Source: Schizochytrium sp. TIO01 (taxonomy: Eukaryota; Protista; Bigyra: Labyrinthulomycetes). From it: DNA of 64,000 nt. Shown piece after piece: positions 23,372 through 35,585 of the stretch. Below the pieces are notes generated by a model. It was not told the DNA's origin. It did no database searches and saw only the letters and a list, made by a program, of their open reading frames with translations. A program made the translations under genes and the position numbers. The stretch is from assembly GCA_004764695.1 (NCBI GenBank), contig SMSO01000025.1, positions 5,434,862-5,498,861 of the forward strand. Direction: 5' to 3'. Position 1 is the first letter of the stretch. Each line of letters begins with the position of its first letter.

Positions 23372-24085
23372 TCAGCAGCATCCTGACGATGAGTTTGCAG
23401 AAATGTTGCCCTTTCTAAAATCCATGCTAGAATCCTCATCCACCAGCACGATGCGGTTTGGGGACACGGTCTCTGTGGACCCCAAGCTCTTCGAGGACGT
23501 ATTTGCCGCTCCGTCTGCAATTTCCTGTGAATAGTCGAGAACCCTACGGGCCATATCAATAAAAGCTTCGTCCACACCAATGTTGATTTTAGCAGACATG
23601 AGAAAGTGATTGGCGCCAACGGACGCTGCATAACGCTCGGCTTCAGCAGGGTCTACATTGCGAGAGCGTTCAAGGTCAGCCTTGTTGCCTGCAATTGCAA
23701 TAGCAATTCCCTCACCCACAACTTTACGCAGCTCACGGACCCAGTTCTTAACCTTGACAAAGGAATCGGCATCGGTAATGTCATAGACTAGAAGAGCGGC
23801 ATCGGCATCGCGGTAGTAAATAGGACCAAGAGCGTGGAAGCGCTCTTGACCAGCAGTGTCCCAGATGCAAAGCTGCGCAGGTCGGCCGTCGATTGTGAGG
23901 TTTTTGTCGAGAAAGGAGGCATTAAGAGTCGCAGGTTGCCTACCGTCGAATTCGTTAGTGCAGAATCGGAGAAGAATCGAAGTCTTGCCAACACGACCTT
24001 CGCCGAGAAGAACAAACTTGAGACGGTGGCGGCGGAGACTTGGAGGACGCGGGTTTGTACCGCGAAGAGGATTTTCAAGGCTCAT
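23372..24085 (-). CDS. RAB21: Rab21 small GTPase
   Basis: KFVLLGEGRVGKTS, T..ASFL.K, WDTAGQERFHALGPIYYRD, WV.ELRK, GNKADL, SAK and a C-terminal CC prenylation motif. First ATG at 24085. Confidence 0.92.
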   Translation of the reverse strand: MSLENPLRGTNPRPPSLRRHRLKFVLLGEGRVGKTSILLRFCTNEFDGRQPATLNASFLDKNLTIDGRPAQLCIWDTAGQERFHALGPIYYRDADAALLVYDITDADSFVKVKNWVRELRKVVGEGIAIAIAGNKADLERSRNVDPAEAERYAASVGANHFLMSAKINIGVDEAFIDMARRVLDYSQEIADGAANTSSKSLGSTETVSPNRIVLVDEDSSMDFRKGNISANSSSGCC

Positions 24086-25847
24086 GAGAGAGATCAAGAG
24101 CTGTCCTGGCCTAAAGATGTGATCTGGTCTCAATTTATGTATGAGTTTTTCAGAGAGCTGACCAGTTCAAAGTGATAGTCTGAGTCAAGTTGATGAAATC
24201 CAGGCAGCGTGAGAAATGTGATTTCTGTGAGAAACGAACTTTAGCGTTTGAGGGGCTGCTTCTGCTAGTACTTGCGAGCGAAGACGTGAGAGACTGCTAG
24301 GCAAATATTTAAAGTCGATGGTCTTGAACTGAGATGATTTGGAGCCTCGTTGAGACGAGGCGATATCCACTCAGCTGTGTCAAGTAGTGAAAGGGTCTAT
24401 GCAAGGGAGGACAGCTCGCTGGCACAACCACCACGCGCCGGCTCAAACACTGGGTCTCGAAGAAACGGAATTGAACTTCGTCGTTGGTCACGACGATGAT
24501 GCTGTTCTTGGGAAAGGAAAGAATGAGAGAAAAAAGAAAGGAGCCTCTTTCATATTTTTTTTTAATAACAAATAATGATCACCGAAAAAGTATTACTACA
24601 ACCAGAGGTAATTGGGCTCCTAGAGTGTTTTGCGGCCAAGAATTGGGATGATGAAAATAAATTGCAGAAACCATAATGTTATTACATCACCTGAGTAGCT
24701 AAGACTTCATGGCATCCATTGCACTCACTCATTTGCTCTTGCAAGTCAGAACTTCGTAGCTGTCTTTCGCCATGCTCTTCGATGAATTAGGTTATCTCTG
24801 GAAATGCACGGCATTTTCTTCTTGAACCCGATCTTGTACTTTGGTAGTTATGAGTACCTAGTCGGTAGCACTACACGAGTATGTATTTCAGAATTCTCAA
24901 AAAACTTCATAAAAAGTTAGCATAGATTAATGAATACAAGGTCCTCCCGCGTCCTCTAATGTTGTACACTACACATCGAAAGCTTGAGAGAGCAGATGTT
25001 GTGATCCTCTTCACATGTGGGTCCTAGCAGAAGGTTTTCTTCAGTTTCGCCAGGTATCGGGCACTGCTGTTTGCTCCATTCCTCTTTGCACAGACCCAAT
25101 TTTCATCATCGTTATTTATCGTAAATCATTCAAGTAGGTGAAAAGAAAGACTCGACTCAGATAAAGCAGCGCGAAACGACCTGAACACTGCTACGTACGT
25201 ACTTCTAATAATGTAGCTTTGAAAGGACTGGCCACCTAGGCACTACATAAGTGAGTATAAACAACTTCGTTGGCCTCTTGGACGACGATCCAAAGTCTAA
25301 TTTTGAGCAACGACGTCGGAGTCTCTGCGTGCTAGTTGCTGACCACGGCGATGCGTAAGTAGTGCACTGGAAGGAGCAGCCCAGGATTCGGAATGCCCGA
25401 ATTCATTGTGTCTGGCTGGTGCTGGGAAAGTCGAGTTTCGCGCCGTTAGTAGTGCCCGGATTAGGGCTTTTGATACCACTGTACTGCTTCACTTCACTGT
25501 GGTCACAGCTTGAATCCACGCCGCCGAGCTTGCCTCGGGTTGGGCGGCGAAATGAGCGAGAAGCAGGCTTGAAGGACCTTTGCTGACCTTCGTTAAGCCT
25601 CGTGGCTCTTGGAGTGTATGTATTTGGTTGCCACAAGGTGGAGCAAAAGTGGCCTATTGTCGCAACAGACTGAAGATGAAAGACGCGTACGGAAAACGAG
25701 TTCGTGCATAACGTAGCCCGTTACAGCTTATGTGTACCATCCCTTCGTTTTAGTAGAGGGATGCTATTTAAGCGAGAAACTTTACAAAGCCTCGCTTCGA
25801 GTAGTAATGCCCTTCATCTTTGGCAGGAACTCACTGTTGAAAAGGAA

Positions 25848-25853
25848 CTGTTG

Positions 25854-25904
<51 letters not shown>
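25848..25904 (+). repeat. (CTG)n microsatellite
   Basis: About 19 CTG/TTG units. Confidence 0.95.
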
Positions 25905-25909
<5 letters not shown>

Positions 25910-26297
25910 GTGGGTTCTTGACAATATGTCCGTCCGCCCGTGGCATTGTGAAGCAAGTTGTATTGAAGAAGAAGGCAATGACATATATGGGACAGACCGC
26001 TTTGTTTTATAGAACATAGTCCAACATTGTCACAAAAGGGCTCAATCGCATGCGTGAACCACACATAATAGATACTGATAAGTAGCTATTTGCATGCGCG
26101 AGGACCGAAGTTCAACACGGTAGACAAGGATTAGCTATTTACATGCGCAAGAAGCAGAGTATCCGGCAAGAACGCAAAAATCCATGAAATAGATACAAAC
26201 CTACAACAAGGTTCAAGACTCATACGTTTGAGGTTAGGGCCTAGTTTGAGATAAAGCAAAGAAAGCTATATGTTCTAGAGAAAAGATAAGGGAATAC

Positions 26298-27332
26298 TTA
26301 GGGTTCGGCTTCAAGCTTTGCTGCAGCTTGCAAAGCCAGAGGGAACTGATTGAAGATGATTAATTGTCGCTCTCTACCGAGGATCTCGCCAAGATCAGCT
26401 TCAAGAGCTGTAGGACCCATGGAGGTGTGAATACACATGGTATCACAATTGAGCTCAGCTGCATAGCGTGTCCAGTATGCTGCATGTGCCCAGAGTTCAT
26501 CTCGCGTGGGTTCATATTTTGTACTGATGAACATAGAATATGACAGGGTCTTCCCGAGCGGCTCATGGTCCTCCTCGAAATACCCGATACTGACGATTGC
26601 TGGCGAGATCATCCCGGTACAAGTGTCGTTGCTTTCAAATACGCCAGGGATTTCGCTGTAATTGAAGTTCCTTGCATGAAGGTAAATGACAGGAACACCA
26701 ATGTCAATGTCCTCTAATGCCTTGACTATGACTGTGGGATCATTGGTCTTGGTAAGTTCTGTTGTGCTCACACCAAAGCTCTTTTCGAGCTTATCCAAGT
26801 AGGCGTGCACATCCAAAGCTTCATCGAATCCAAATGCATATGGTTCAGCGACAAACTGTGGACCAGAAAGGAAGCTGTATCGATAGCGAAACATCTCTTT
26901 GAAGCCACTTCGATCCGCAAGGCGGATGGAGGCAATGTTCTGATCAAATGTCTGGTAACGCAATTCTTCGACCTTGCTGTTTTCGAGAAGGTATATCATC
27001 AACTTCATGCCGTACCCTCGGCGAGACTTGGTTGGGTCAGACCGAACACCCTCTACGTAGCCACCGCATGCCGTCCTTGCCACATTTGCAATGGAGACAA
27101 GTGGGCCACCTGGATACTCTTCGAGGCCATAAAATTGACCCGCTTCAACCCAGGCGTCAAAGCAGGAGTTGATATAATCATTACCTCCAAAGAGCAGCTT
27201 AACAATGTTAGCAACGTCCTCGCGGTCATCGAGTGTCACCTTACGACCACGAGGCTCCATTTGATGTTGTTCCTCTTGTTGGTGTTCTGTGTCCTGTACA
27301 ACTACAGGTGTTTCTGCACATACTTCCGTCAT
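26298..27332 (-). CDS. GNAT-family N-acetyltransferase-like protein
   Basis: N-terminal GNAT: FGGNDYI...F..W, YVEGVRSDP...RRGYG (acetyl-CoA motif A), N.ASIRLA...GF. The C-terminal half is unassigned. ATG at 27332. Confidence 0.75.
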   Translation of the reverse strand: MTEVCAETPVVVQDTEHQQEEQHQMEPRGRKVTLDDREDVANIVKLLFGGNDYINSCFDAWVEAGQFYGLEEYPGGPLVSIANVARTACGGYVEGVRSDPTKSRRGYGMKLMIYLLENSKVEELRYQTFDQNIASIRLADRSGFKEMFRYRYSFLSGPQFVAEPYAFGFDEALDVHAYLDKLEKSFGVSTTELTKTNDPTVIVKALEDIDIGVPVIYLHARNFNYSEIPGVFESNDTCTGMISPAIVSIGYFEEDHEPLGKTLSYSMFISTKYEPTRDELWAHAAYWTRYAAELNCDTMCIHTSMGPTALEADLGEILGRERQLIIFNQFPLALQAAAKLEAEP

Positions 27333-29653
27333 CTCTAGACTCAAGGCAAGGAGGTTTTGCAGTCGAATCACCTCAAAAGCACAGTTACCTCCAGCTTACG
27401 GGAAAAGTTTTGTATCCGAAGCTTAACTTGATTCCTGTCTCCCTTTATTGACTTGAAGATTTGCTGTTTTATAATCGAATGCTTCTGATTGTCGCGCTTC
27501 GGCAAAAGAACAGAACCCTCGATTCTGGGTCTGCTCTGCAAACTTGCGAGTTATTGCGCTTTTTTTTTTTTGATTTTAAAAATGAAAAGGGCATGCCAAG
27601 ATGAACGTATTCCTACTGTTTTAATTATACGATACTACTGTTTCTACCTGTAGGAGGGCCGTGAATGCTATGGAAGTAATGGGAAGATTGCACACGTCTT
27701 CAACAGTTTGCGAGCAGCTGCGAGCAGAAGATTGAAGAAAACTTGACTCCACAGGTTGTTGCGGGTGGTGTGAATAAACTCAAGAACGTTGCGGCTTTGA
27801 GGATGTGCGAAGTCCTCGATGCTAGCAGGGGTTGAAGATGTAAGCTTTTCCTTAGGTGTGATGCCAAACAAAGGATGGATCTAGGGCAGTCTGGAAGCTC
27901 GCACAGGACTGTTCTCGCATCGTGCATCCTTGGCTGGAGACTTCACTTCGCAAACTCCAGTGCAGGTACAGAGGTCCCACTTCCTATACATTAGGTTGAC
28001 TCATGTCACCGGTCGTTGGTGTGCACAAAGAACCCTCCACGGTTCTGCCTTGATTGTCTGTTTTTAAAATGCAAATGCTTCGAAGAAGTGGTTTATGTTT
28101 TGTGAACAAATTTAAAAAAAATACATAACTTGACACGTGATGAGCGCAATGTACATTCGGTCTCACTACGAAATGATACATTGAAATTTTCTTTTGACTT
28201 TAAAGTATGAACGGAAGAAAACCCATCTTGTCACAGTTATTTGTAGTGATTCGGGAAGAGCCCCAGCGCCAGGAACGATTCAGGTACACCCAAACGCCCC
28301 GAAGAAAACAACAAAATTATTACCATACAGTACCCGGGTGCTGTTTGAAGGTTTCGTAAAAAACTGCTTGTCCACAATTCTAGAGACTTTATTGTTCTGC
28401 TGTGCGAGTCAGAATTTGCTTTGTTCTCGAAACCTGCCTCATTGTAAATAGATACGGCCTTCGTCAAACGCTAACTTCAGAAGAAAAGAATCAGCCTTCA
28501 TTTTCCGGTTACAAGTTGTAATGGTTCTAGCACTTCAGGGCATGTACCTACGAATGCAAGCGATTTCAACACTTGCGGACTTCCATCAGGCTTGTTTCAA
28601 ACGTATTGTTCAAGAAGGCTCTTCGTTCCTGGTGTCGATCAACGACTAAGCTGGCACGCAACAATCTTCGTTGGCCATGTGCTACATTGCTCAATATTAT
28701 TTATGATACCATGTTTCAAAACATATTCAGTTTAGACTTTTCAGATATGATGAAAGCTTGCAGGGGTCGCTCGGCGTCAGGTATTGCGAGAAATGTATTG
28801 AGTATGATCAACGAAGCTTGAAACAACGAAGATCCGCAGATCACCAGTGGCGCGAAACGTTGTAACGAACCCTATAGATCATTATAAATACTCACTAGGG
28901 TGGGCAGTCGTGGGTATAGTTTCAGGTTTTTAACGATCTAGACTCTATGGCCCATAAAATCTAAAACAACAATCAAATCAAGTGAACTCTGGACTTCAAC
29001 AGTAGAGTGGGTACCTACTATAGTTTCAAAACGTCAGAGGTTGGTAAAGAGGCATTCAAGTAAACAAAATCAGGGATATGTTCTTTAGGGCAAGGAAGAA
29101 GGATATGTACAACTTAGAAGGCATTCTTTATAGATTCTTGAATTTTCATAAAGCTTAGGACAGTTGTAGCTAGGTGTAAATCGACCCCACCCCCACAAAG
29201 TGACAGTATTTTTTACTAGGGTTGTATAGATGGAATTATTCTAGGCGCGTATCAACTCGAAAACTTATAGAGGTTTCCAGAAGTTTTCCCTGAAAAGTGA
29301 GCTTTCGAATACAGGGTCTGATCGAACTATTAGCCTTTGATTCAAAGCATCCTGAATAATTTTTCTTAGATACGAAGAACCTTTTGGTTTCCAAAAGCAA
29401 AGGTTCTACAAGACTACTATCACGTCTTCTGATATATTTACCCTATTTGAAACTATATGCCCATTTTGAGCTAATGAAGAAACTTCCGATCAACCCGATT
29501 GTAACCTTAACTATCATACTTCTTGACATTATATCATGTGAGACCTATGATCTCAACTAGGCATTACTCTCAGCTCCAGAGCGGTGCTGGTGCTTTTCAT
29601 GATTGAGGTTTCATACAAACGTAATTTTGTAAAATAAGCACAGTGCTTGTCCT

Positions 29654-29832
29654 TGAGGAGACCTGTCCGAAGATCTTGACAAAGCGGCATTATCGGCTCA
29701 GATTGGCCATAGTGCCTACGCACTCCTCTTTCTTGCGCGCAGGGTGCGTGTGTGTCTTGTGGGTCAGTGTTCATTGAATCGCGCCAAAAGCACTTGGGAT
29801 TCTCTTTTGTTAAACTTCGCAGCTGGCGCGTA
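29654..29832 (-). repeat. Diverged inverted copy of the sequence at 31317-31470 (and 31120-31217)
   Basis: The reverse complement shares blocks TACGCGCC.GCTGC, GTGCTTT.GGCGCGATTCAAT.AACA, GCGC.CAAGAAAGAGGAGTGCGTAG and TCAAGATCTTCGGACA.GTC. Confidence 0.85.
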
Positions 29833-31020
29833 GCTCATGAGGCACTAGAGAATGAACTCAAATGTAGAATAATTTCTTAATTCTGATTGAAGCTTTCAGA
29901 AACGAAGCGAATCTTTGGGGCGTATCATATTTCATTCGGATATTTCAAGCACTTTAACGTCACTTTCTTTTGAGGAAGTTAGTTGAATTAAGATATGCAC
30001 AGATTTACAATAAAACGAGAACACTTAACATCTGTCGTGAGTTTCGTTGCCTGTTATGCATCAACCTCTAGGCTAGCTTGAGCTCTTGACAAATGTTTCT
30101 AGCTCGAGGTGATTGCAAATTTGTGCAAATTTGCAATGAAAAGACTTCGGTAGTGTAATGAGCCGAAGTGAAACGAAGAGAGCATGCTGAGCGAAAAATG
30201 TTGAACGTTTTCATGCGCAAATAAAGGATAAAAACGCGCGCGCGCGGGGGGGGGGGGGGTAACCTATCATTCTCCGAACACACTGCCTTATTTACCGATG
30301 CTTCAAAGTGATAAAACACTGATTCCTCTATAAATGGTCAGGTGATTCACAGCAGCTCCTAAGCTTCAATTAATATGAAGACAATATAATCTCGGCCTTA
30401 TTTTGGCCTTTATTTGCCATCCAAGTAGATGGAACATCACCAGTATAGATCCTCGCTTTGAGAATTCGGAAAGTGAAAATCATATCTAGAAAACATTATA
30501 ATGTCATGAACTAAGGTTCGTCTACATCGGTCTTGTGAATAATCTGGAGTCGATAGTATAGCTGCGAGTGAAATATATAGAAGGAAAGTTGGGAGGCTTA
30601 TGTGTATTGGCTTGTCTCGTGGATTTGTTGATTGAATACCAACCGGAAAATCTATAAAATCTATAATTTACTATTTTGCTGTGAACTCTACATAGCAAAT
30701 CTTCAGTTATGTGAAGTAAAGTAGGATAGGATATTAGAGGTTTCCAAGAACATCACATGTTTGAGTAAACTAGCCCGGGATTAAGAGGCCAGAATATAAA
30801 GTTGAACTGCTTGCAGAAATTACATGTTTGATTCTTGGTCAGTTTAGAACAGAACGTCATTATAGAACGTTCTGTTCGTCCTCCACACTATTACTCAAAG
30901 TCGTTCTAAGCGTGAGCATTGTGCTCAGTTGGAAGAAGGACTTCTCTCAGCATGACAGAGCATAAACTTTCACAGAAGGTATTACACACGAAGATGGGGC
31001 ACTAATACTTTAACACTTAG

Positions 31021-31414
31021 ACGGTCAAGACTTGACCCAAGCATGATGACAGTAGGTGCCACTATTATCGCGAGGTTTCCCGGAGTATAGGAGCCGACAG
31101 TACTCACGAACAAACCCGGTACGCGCCGGCTGCAACGTCCAACAAAGAAACCCTCACGTGCTTTCGGCGCGATTCAATAAACATCGACAGCCCCCCTTTG
31201 CGCACAAGAAAGAGGAGACGGTCAAGACTTGACCCAAGCATGATGACAGTAGGTGCCACTATTATCGCGAGGTTTCCCGGAGTATAGGAGCCGACAGTAC
31301 TCACGAACAAACCCGGTACGCGCTGGCTGCAACGTCCAACAAAGAAACCATCACGTGCTTTCGGCGCGATTCAATAAACATCGACAGCCCCCCTTTGCGC
31401 ACAAGAAAGAGGAG
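31021..31414 (+). repeat. Direct tandem duplication, 2 x 197 bp
   Basis: ACGGTCAAGACTTGACC...CAAGAAAGAGGAG starts at 31021 and at 31218; only a couple of substitutions. Confidence 0.95.
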
Positions 31415-31694
31415 TGCGTAGCCGTCACCGCACAACACCGCCTGTTCAAGATCTTCGGACATGTCCTTCAGTTGTCCAAGTGGCGTTAATTGATACGATA
31501 ACGTAGCGATAGAATGCAGGGGAAATACAGAGAGCGAAAGTCAAACAAGCCCACTACAGACATCCATCAAAGCTTCAATCTTGGAAAAACAATTCCATCG
31601 GAAAGGTTGCTTAGCTTGTTTCTTTTAGCAGTCCTCTTAATGTGTATACTAGTATCTGTAGTTCATTCTTATTTTTTTTTTCAATTTCAATTAT

Positions 31695-31698
<4 letters not shown>

Positions 31699-31743
<45 letters not shown>

Positions 31744-31830
31744 ATCATTATAATAGTTAATAATAAAAATAATAAAAATAATAATAAAATAGTTAATAAT
31801 AGTAATATTATTATTATTAATGATAATAAA
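31699..31830 (+). repeat. (AT)n microsatellite followed by an AAT-rich low-complexity tract
   Basis: About 21 AT units, then AAT/TAA repeats. Confidence 0.95.
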
Positions 31831-32413
31831 ACAGGAGTACATACGTGTAGCCGGTGGCGGTAGGGGGTTAAACACGATACATTTGACCCTCGGGCGTTGT
31901 ATGAAGACTATTCGTTTCTCTTAATGAGTGCTTACAAAATTTGTATGGCGTAAGAACAACATCTTCTGTTGATCGCATGAAGTAGACATATGCAACATGA
32001 AATGGTATCATCGCATCACCAGCATATGGCTTTTGTGGACCTTTCGTCACAAGGTAGTTTATCCAAGTTCGCGATCTTACATGAGTCGTATTGTTGATAT
32101 TAGGGTATTAGATATTAGAGTCCTGGAGCATGGTACGCAGTGACTGCCATTGATCGAGACGATTCTATTTGAGTCAGTCTGTACAATTGTATTTCGTAGA
32201 GGGGCTAAGACCCAATCGCGGACTAACCCGCGACTCAGAAATGATTTTATTAAAACCATGTCTTTGGCCCGCTTCCTTTTCTTGATCTGTTCTCTAAACT
32301 CCTGATGTAGTGGTTTAGAACAGTGGGTGTTCTTATGTCCAAACTTACTTATTGCAGTTCACGCATGTAGGCACAGTCGTCGGCTCAGTTATTCGAGAGT
32401 CCACAACGAAAAC

Positions 32414-32660
32414 ATGCCTCTTTTGAAGTTTGTTGATGGCGAGGACGAAGAAGAGGACTTCGCGCTCTTGACCATCTTGATGACTTTTCGGCACTACTAC
32501 GTTTTGCATGACCAAGTACTAGAGAGTGATCGAATGTTTTTTTTAAACTCCAGAGCGATCTCTAGCTGGAATATTCTACCTCTGAACTTTTTTTCACCTT
32601 CAAGACTTCGAAGGTCCGACTGAGTAGACAGTCTTCCTTTCGTATCTTGGGCCCATAACC
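32414..32660 (+). pseudogene. Possible decayed N-terminus of a DDE_Tnp_4 (Harbinger/ISL2EU-like) transposase
   Basis: MPLLKFVDGEDEEEDFALLTIL...R.FFL......F...RLRRSD*V..L...SW. The acidic N-terminus plus an RF.L...FR...D..L..W-like pattern resembles these transposases; contains a stop. Confidence 0.22.
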
Positions 32661-32667
32661 TGTTGCA

Positions 32668-33010
32668 ATGCAGTCACCAAGAGATAGCGTAGATAGAGAG
32701 ATGAAGGAAAAGAAAAGTTACGATTGGTATTCAGGAATTGCTACTCAGAACAGTATTTAAACCCCTAAAAAAGAATTAAACAGAAACATATATATATATT
32801 GAAAGTTAGCGTGATGCAGTCAACAAGAGGTAGCGTAGATAGAGAGATGAAGGAAAAGAATAGTTACGATTGGTATTCAGGAATTGCTATTCAGAATAGT
32901 ATTTAGACCCCTCAAAAACGAAAAAAACGAATTATATATATTGAAAGTTAGCGTGATGTAGATAGAGAGATGAAGGAAACGGATAGTTGTAATTAGTATT
33001 CAGGAACTAC
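32668..33010 (+). repeat. Degenerate tandem repeat, unit about 145 bp, about 2.4 copies
   Basis: ATGCAGTCA.CAAGAG.TAGCGTAGATAGAGAGATGAAGGAAA...GTATTCAGGAA...TTGAAAGTTAGCGTG recurs at about 32668 and 32814, and partially at about 32956. Confidence 0.9.
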
Positions 33011-33642
33011 TGATAAGGACCAATGCCTAAGTCTATTGTCTTGTCCAACACATAATTGTCCGACACATAGCTACCATACTTCAATTATATATATTTATAT
33101 TTGTATGAAGACATAGTCTGGCGTCTGCGGAGAAGTGCAAAAATAGGACCCCTCCTACCTTACCAAACTTCCGCAATTTTATTCTATTAGTATTATTTAA
33201 AATCCTAGGTTCTGAGCTAAAGAATAGCGTATAATTACAATAATGTTGTCATTTATATCCACTTTTAGTAGGGGGTCGAATCTTTTTTTAAATTAAAATT
33301 TAGAGAGAACAAATAATCTTCTAATACTTTTTACTTAAATAGGGTTAGGGTACCCTTAGAAAAGGTGTAAAGAACATTGAAGAATGTTTAACAAGAAAAT
33401 AAATACTCTTTAGTGGATATATAGACTAAACGATAGTAGTAGTGGAAGCTACCCGTTTGGAGGTGCCACTAATAAGGGACATGTGTCATAACAAGTGACT
33501 TCGACTTCAGCAAACCTTTAACTCCAGCAGACCTCAAACTGCAGAACCTCATCCCTAAAAAAGTAATACGTCATTACGAGCCCCTGTCGCTCATCGGCAT
33601 TCAACAGAAAGAATTGAAATTAGATATCTTAGGTCAACAAAG

Positions 33643-34938
33643 ATGAATCGCGTGAGGCATAGTTCTACAGATCATGAGGAAGACAAGATTCATCGAGTGG
33701 AAAATTTGGTCAACAACCAACCCGAGAGTCGTATTCTCAAGTACTCAGCATTCTTCGTCGCTCTGTTCCTTCTTGTAATGATCCACCTGGCTTGGCCTTT
33801 AGGAGAAAGCAACAGTGGTTCTTCCAGTGCACAAAGCACACTTGCACTACCACAAACAGAAGAAAGAGAAACGAATGAAGTATTGATTTCAAGCAATCAA
33901 ATCGCGACAGGCCCAGTAAGCACAACTATCCATGTATCAAAATTAAATGAAAGAGGGGCCACTCAAGAAGAATTGACTAATCCTTCCTGCGTTCCATCTA
34001 TCGATCATTTGTTGCCTCGCCCGAATAGTAAATGTATAGCCTCTCTATTAATAGTCGGCGGTCGGAAATGCGGTACAACATCACTTTACCATTATCTTTC
34101 TCAACATCCGGACTTTTTTGGAGTGAGGATTGATGGTTCTCCTAGGGAAGGTGAACTTCCACATACTCGCTATTGGGACGATCTAACTTTGAATTCTACA
34201 CAACTTGCCATGAGATATAACAAAACCTATGAAAGGGAATTCAACGCGATGGGGTACTCGAAGAAGGATATTGAAAGAATTTACCAAAACGATGCTCTTA
34301 CGGGTGACAGCACTGTAGAGACTGGAGCAAGATGCCTAGGTGCACAAAGCTTGGTTAAAGGCTGTGGCAATGGGGTCAAGGTAATTTATCTTGTTCGAGA
34401 TCCTGTTGAGAAGCTTGAGTCGCTTTACAACATGCGCATGCGTCTTGGAACCACACTGGGTCCGAACGAGGATCCTGACACTAAATTGGAAACATATTTT
34501 TGGTCCCAAATGGAGATGCTCGAGAACAAGCTCAAAAATAAAGGTCCAGAATTCCTGCTAAACAGGGCTCCTGAAAACGTGCCTTGCCTATATAAGAGAG
34601 ATTTTAAAAACCCTGTATGGTCTGGCATGTACGCTGTACATCTTCAGCGCTGGACTGGATACCCTCGGGGCAATATTCTTGTTCTCAAAAGCGAAGACAT
34701 GTTCAGAGATCCGGCGAAAGTACTTTCACAGGTCTTTCGCTTTGCTGGTCTGGATCCCCAACTTGTTGACGTCAACAAAATAACTGCAAAGGTCTATAAC
34801 GGGGCTCCTAAAGATTCCAATAAATCTCAGGGGAAATTCAGCAGCGAAGTTCGGAAGTATCTTAAGGAATTCTATCGCCCATATAATGAGCACCTGGCAA
34901 GAGAATGGTGTGTAGATATTTCGTCATGGCAAACTTGA
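33643..34938 (+). CDS. Type II membrane sulfotransferase, heparan sulfate 3-O-/N-sulfotransferase-like (Sulfotransfer_1)
   Basis: Signal anchor FFVALFLLVMIHLAW, 5'-PSB LIVGGRKCGTTSLYHYLSQHP, 3'-PB YLVRDPVEKLES.Y, GMYAVHLQRW, L.EFYRPYN..L. Confidence 0.9.
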   Translation: MNRVRHSSTDHEEDKIHRVENLVNNQPESRILKYSAFFVALFLLVMIHLAWPLGESNSGSSSAQSTLALPQTEERETNEVLISSNQIATGPVSTTIHVSKLNERGATQEELTNPSCVPSIDHLLPRPNSKCIASLLIVGGRKCGTTSLYHYLSQHPDFFGVRIDGSPREGELPHTRYWDDLTLNSTQLAMRYNKTYEREFNAMGYSKKDIERIYQNDALTGDSTVETGARCLGAQSLVKGCGNGVKVIYLVRDPVEKLESLYNMRMRLGTTLGPNEDPDTKLETYFWSQMEMLENKLKNKGPEFLLNRAPENVPCLYKRDFKNPVWSGMYAVHLQRWTGYPRGNILVLKSEDMFRDPAKVLSQVFRFAGLDPQLVDVNKITAKVYNGAPKDSNKSQGKFSSEVRKYLKEFYRPYNEHLAREWCVDISSWQT

Positions 34939-35359
34939 TGAAAGACAGAGTTATCGTGTCAACGATATTATTAATGAAATGTGGTTATGATTACTTAGTG
35001 GAGATTGAGGAAATTTCTGCGATAGTAGTTGTTAGTAAGTACTGAGACAATGGTTGTCACTTGTCTCACTTGATTTGGTTCAAGTAATTTGGGTCGATTC
35101 GAGATATTTTAGGTCTGGGCACAGGCAGTATGAACGTATCATTCTGAGCTTGTTGGACTGGAGAGCTAGGTTAAGCGGGGTCAGACGCTTAGCTGCGTGT
35201 TGGTTCGTTGGTATCACAAAGGCGTTCTTTTGAGTCTTGCAAAGTCGCGCTGTAATCTTGTCTCCGTTTTCTTCTCAGTATTTATGCTCATTATTTTTGA
35301 CGAAACATAGACGTAGACTTGCTTATTTGCCGAAGCGTTTCAACATTTATGATATGCTA

Positions 35360-35560
35360 AAAGTTGGCACCTTTGAGATTGAAGATGACCTGAAGGCTTA
35401 CCTGCATAAGAGAAAGTTATGCGAATTCACGTCAAACTCACGGCAGTTTTTCAAGTTGGCACTTTGATTTTCACATGTTCAACTTAAACTACGTGCTGTC
35501 TTCCTATTAGCCCGCCGTGTTATTGTTCTATCCTTCAAGAAATTGCAATGTCGTACCTTA
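35360..35560 (+). pseudogene. Possible relic of a hAT transposase C-terminal dimerisation domain
   Basis: EIEDDLKAYL.......SRQFFK...*....LRAVFLLARRVIVL resembles EL..YL...W...P.L..LAR..L; interrupted by a stop. Confidence 0.2.
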
Positions 35561-35585
35561 AGACTCTCCAGTCAAACTATGCTCC

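Noticed and set aside
27660-28830. Coding-like stretch as a gene
   Set aside because: All frames are interrupted by stops and no family is recognisable; possibly pseudogenic, but that cannot be supported.
31040-31250. Box C/D snoRNA suggested by ATGATGA in the 197-bp repeat
   Set aside because: No suitably placed D box (CTGA) or terminal stem.
33340-33352. Telomeric GGGTTAGGG
   Set aside because: Only one to two units, not an array.
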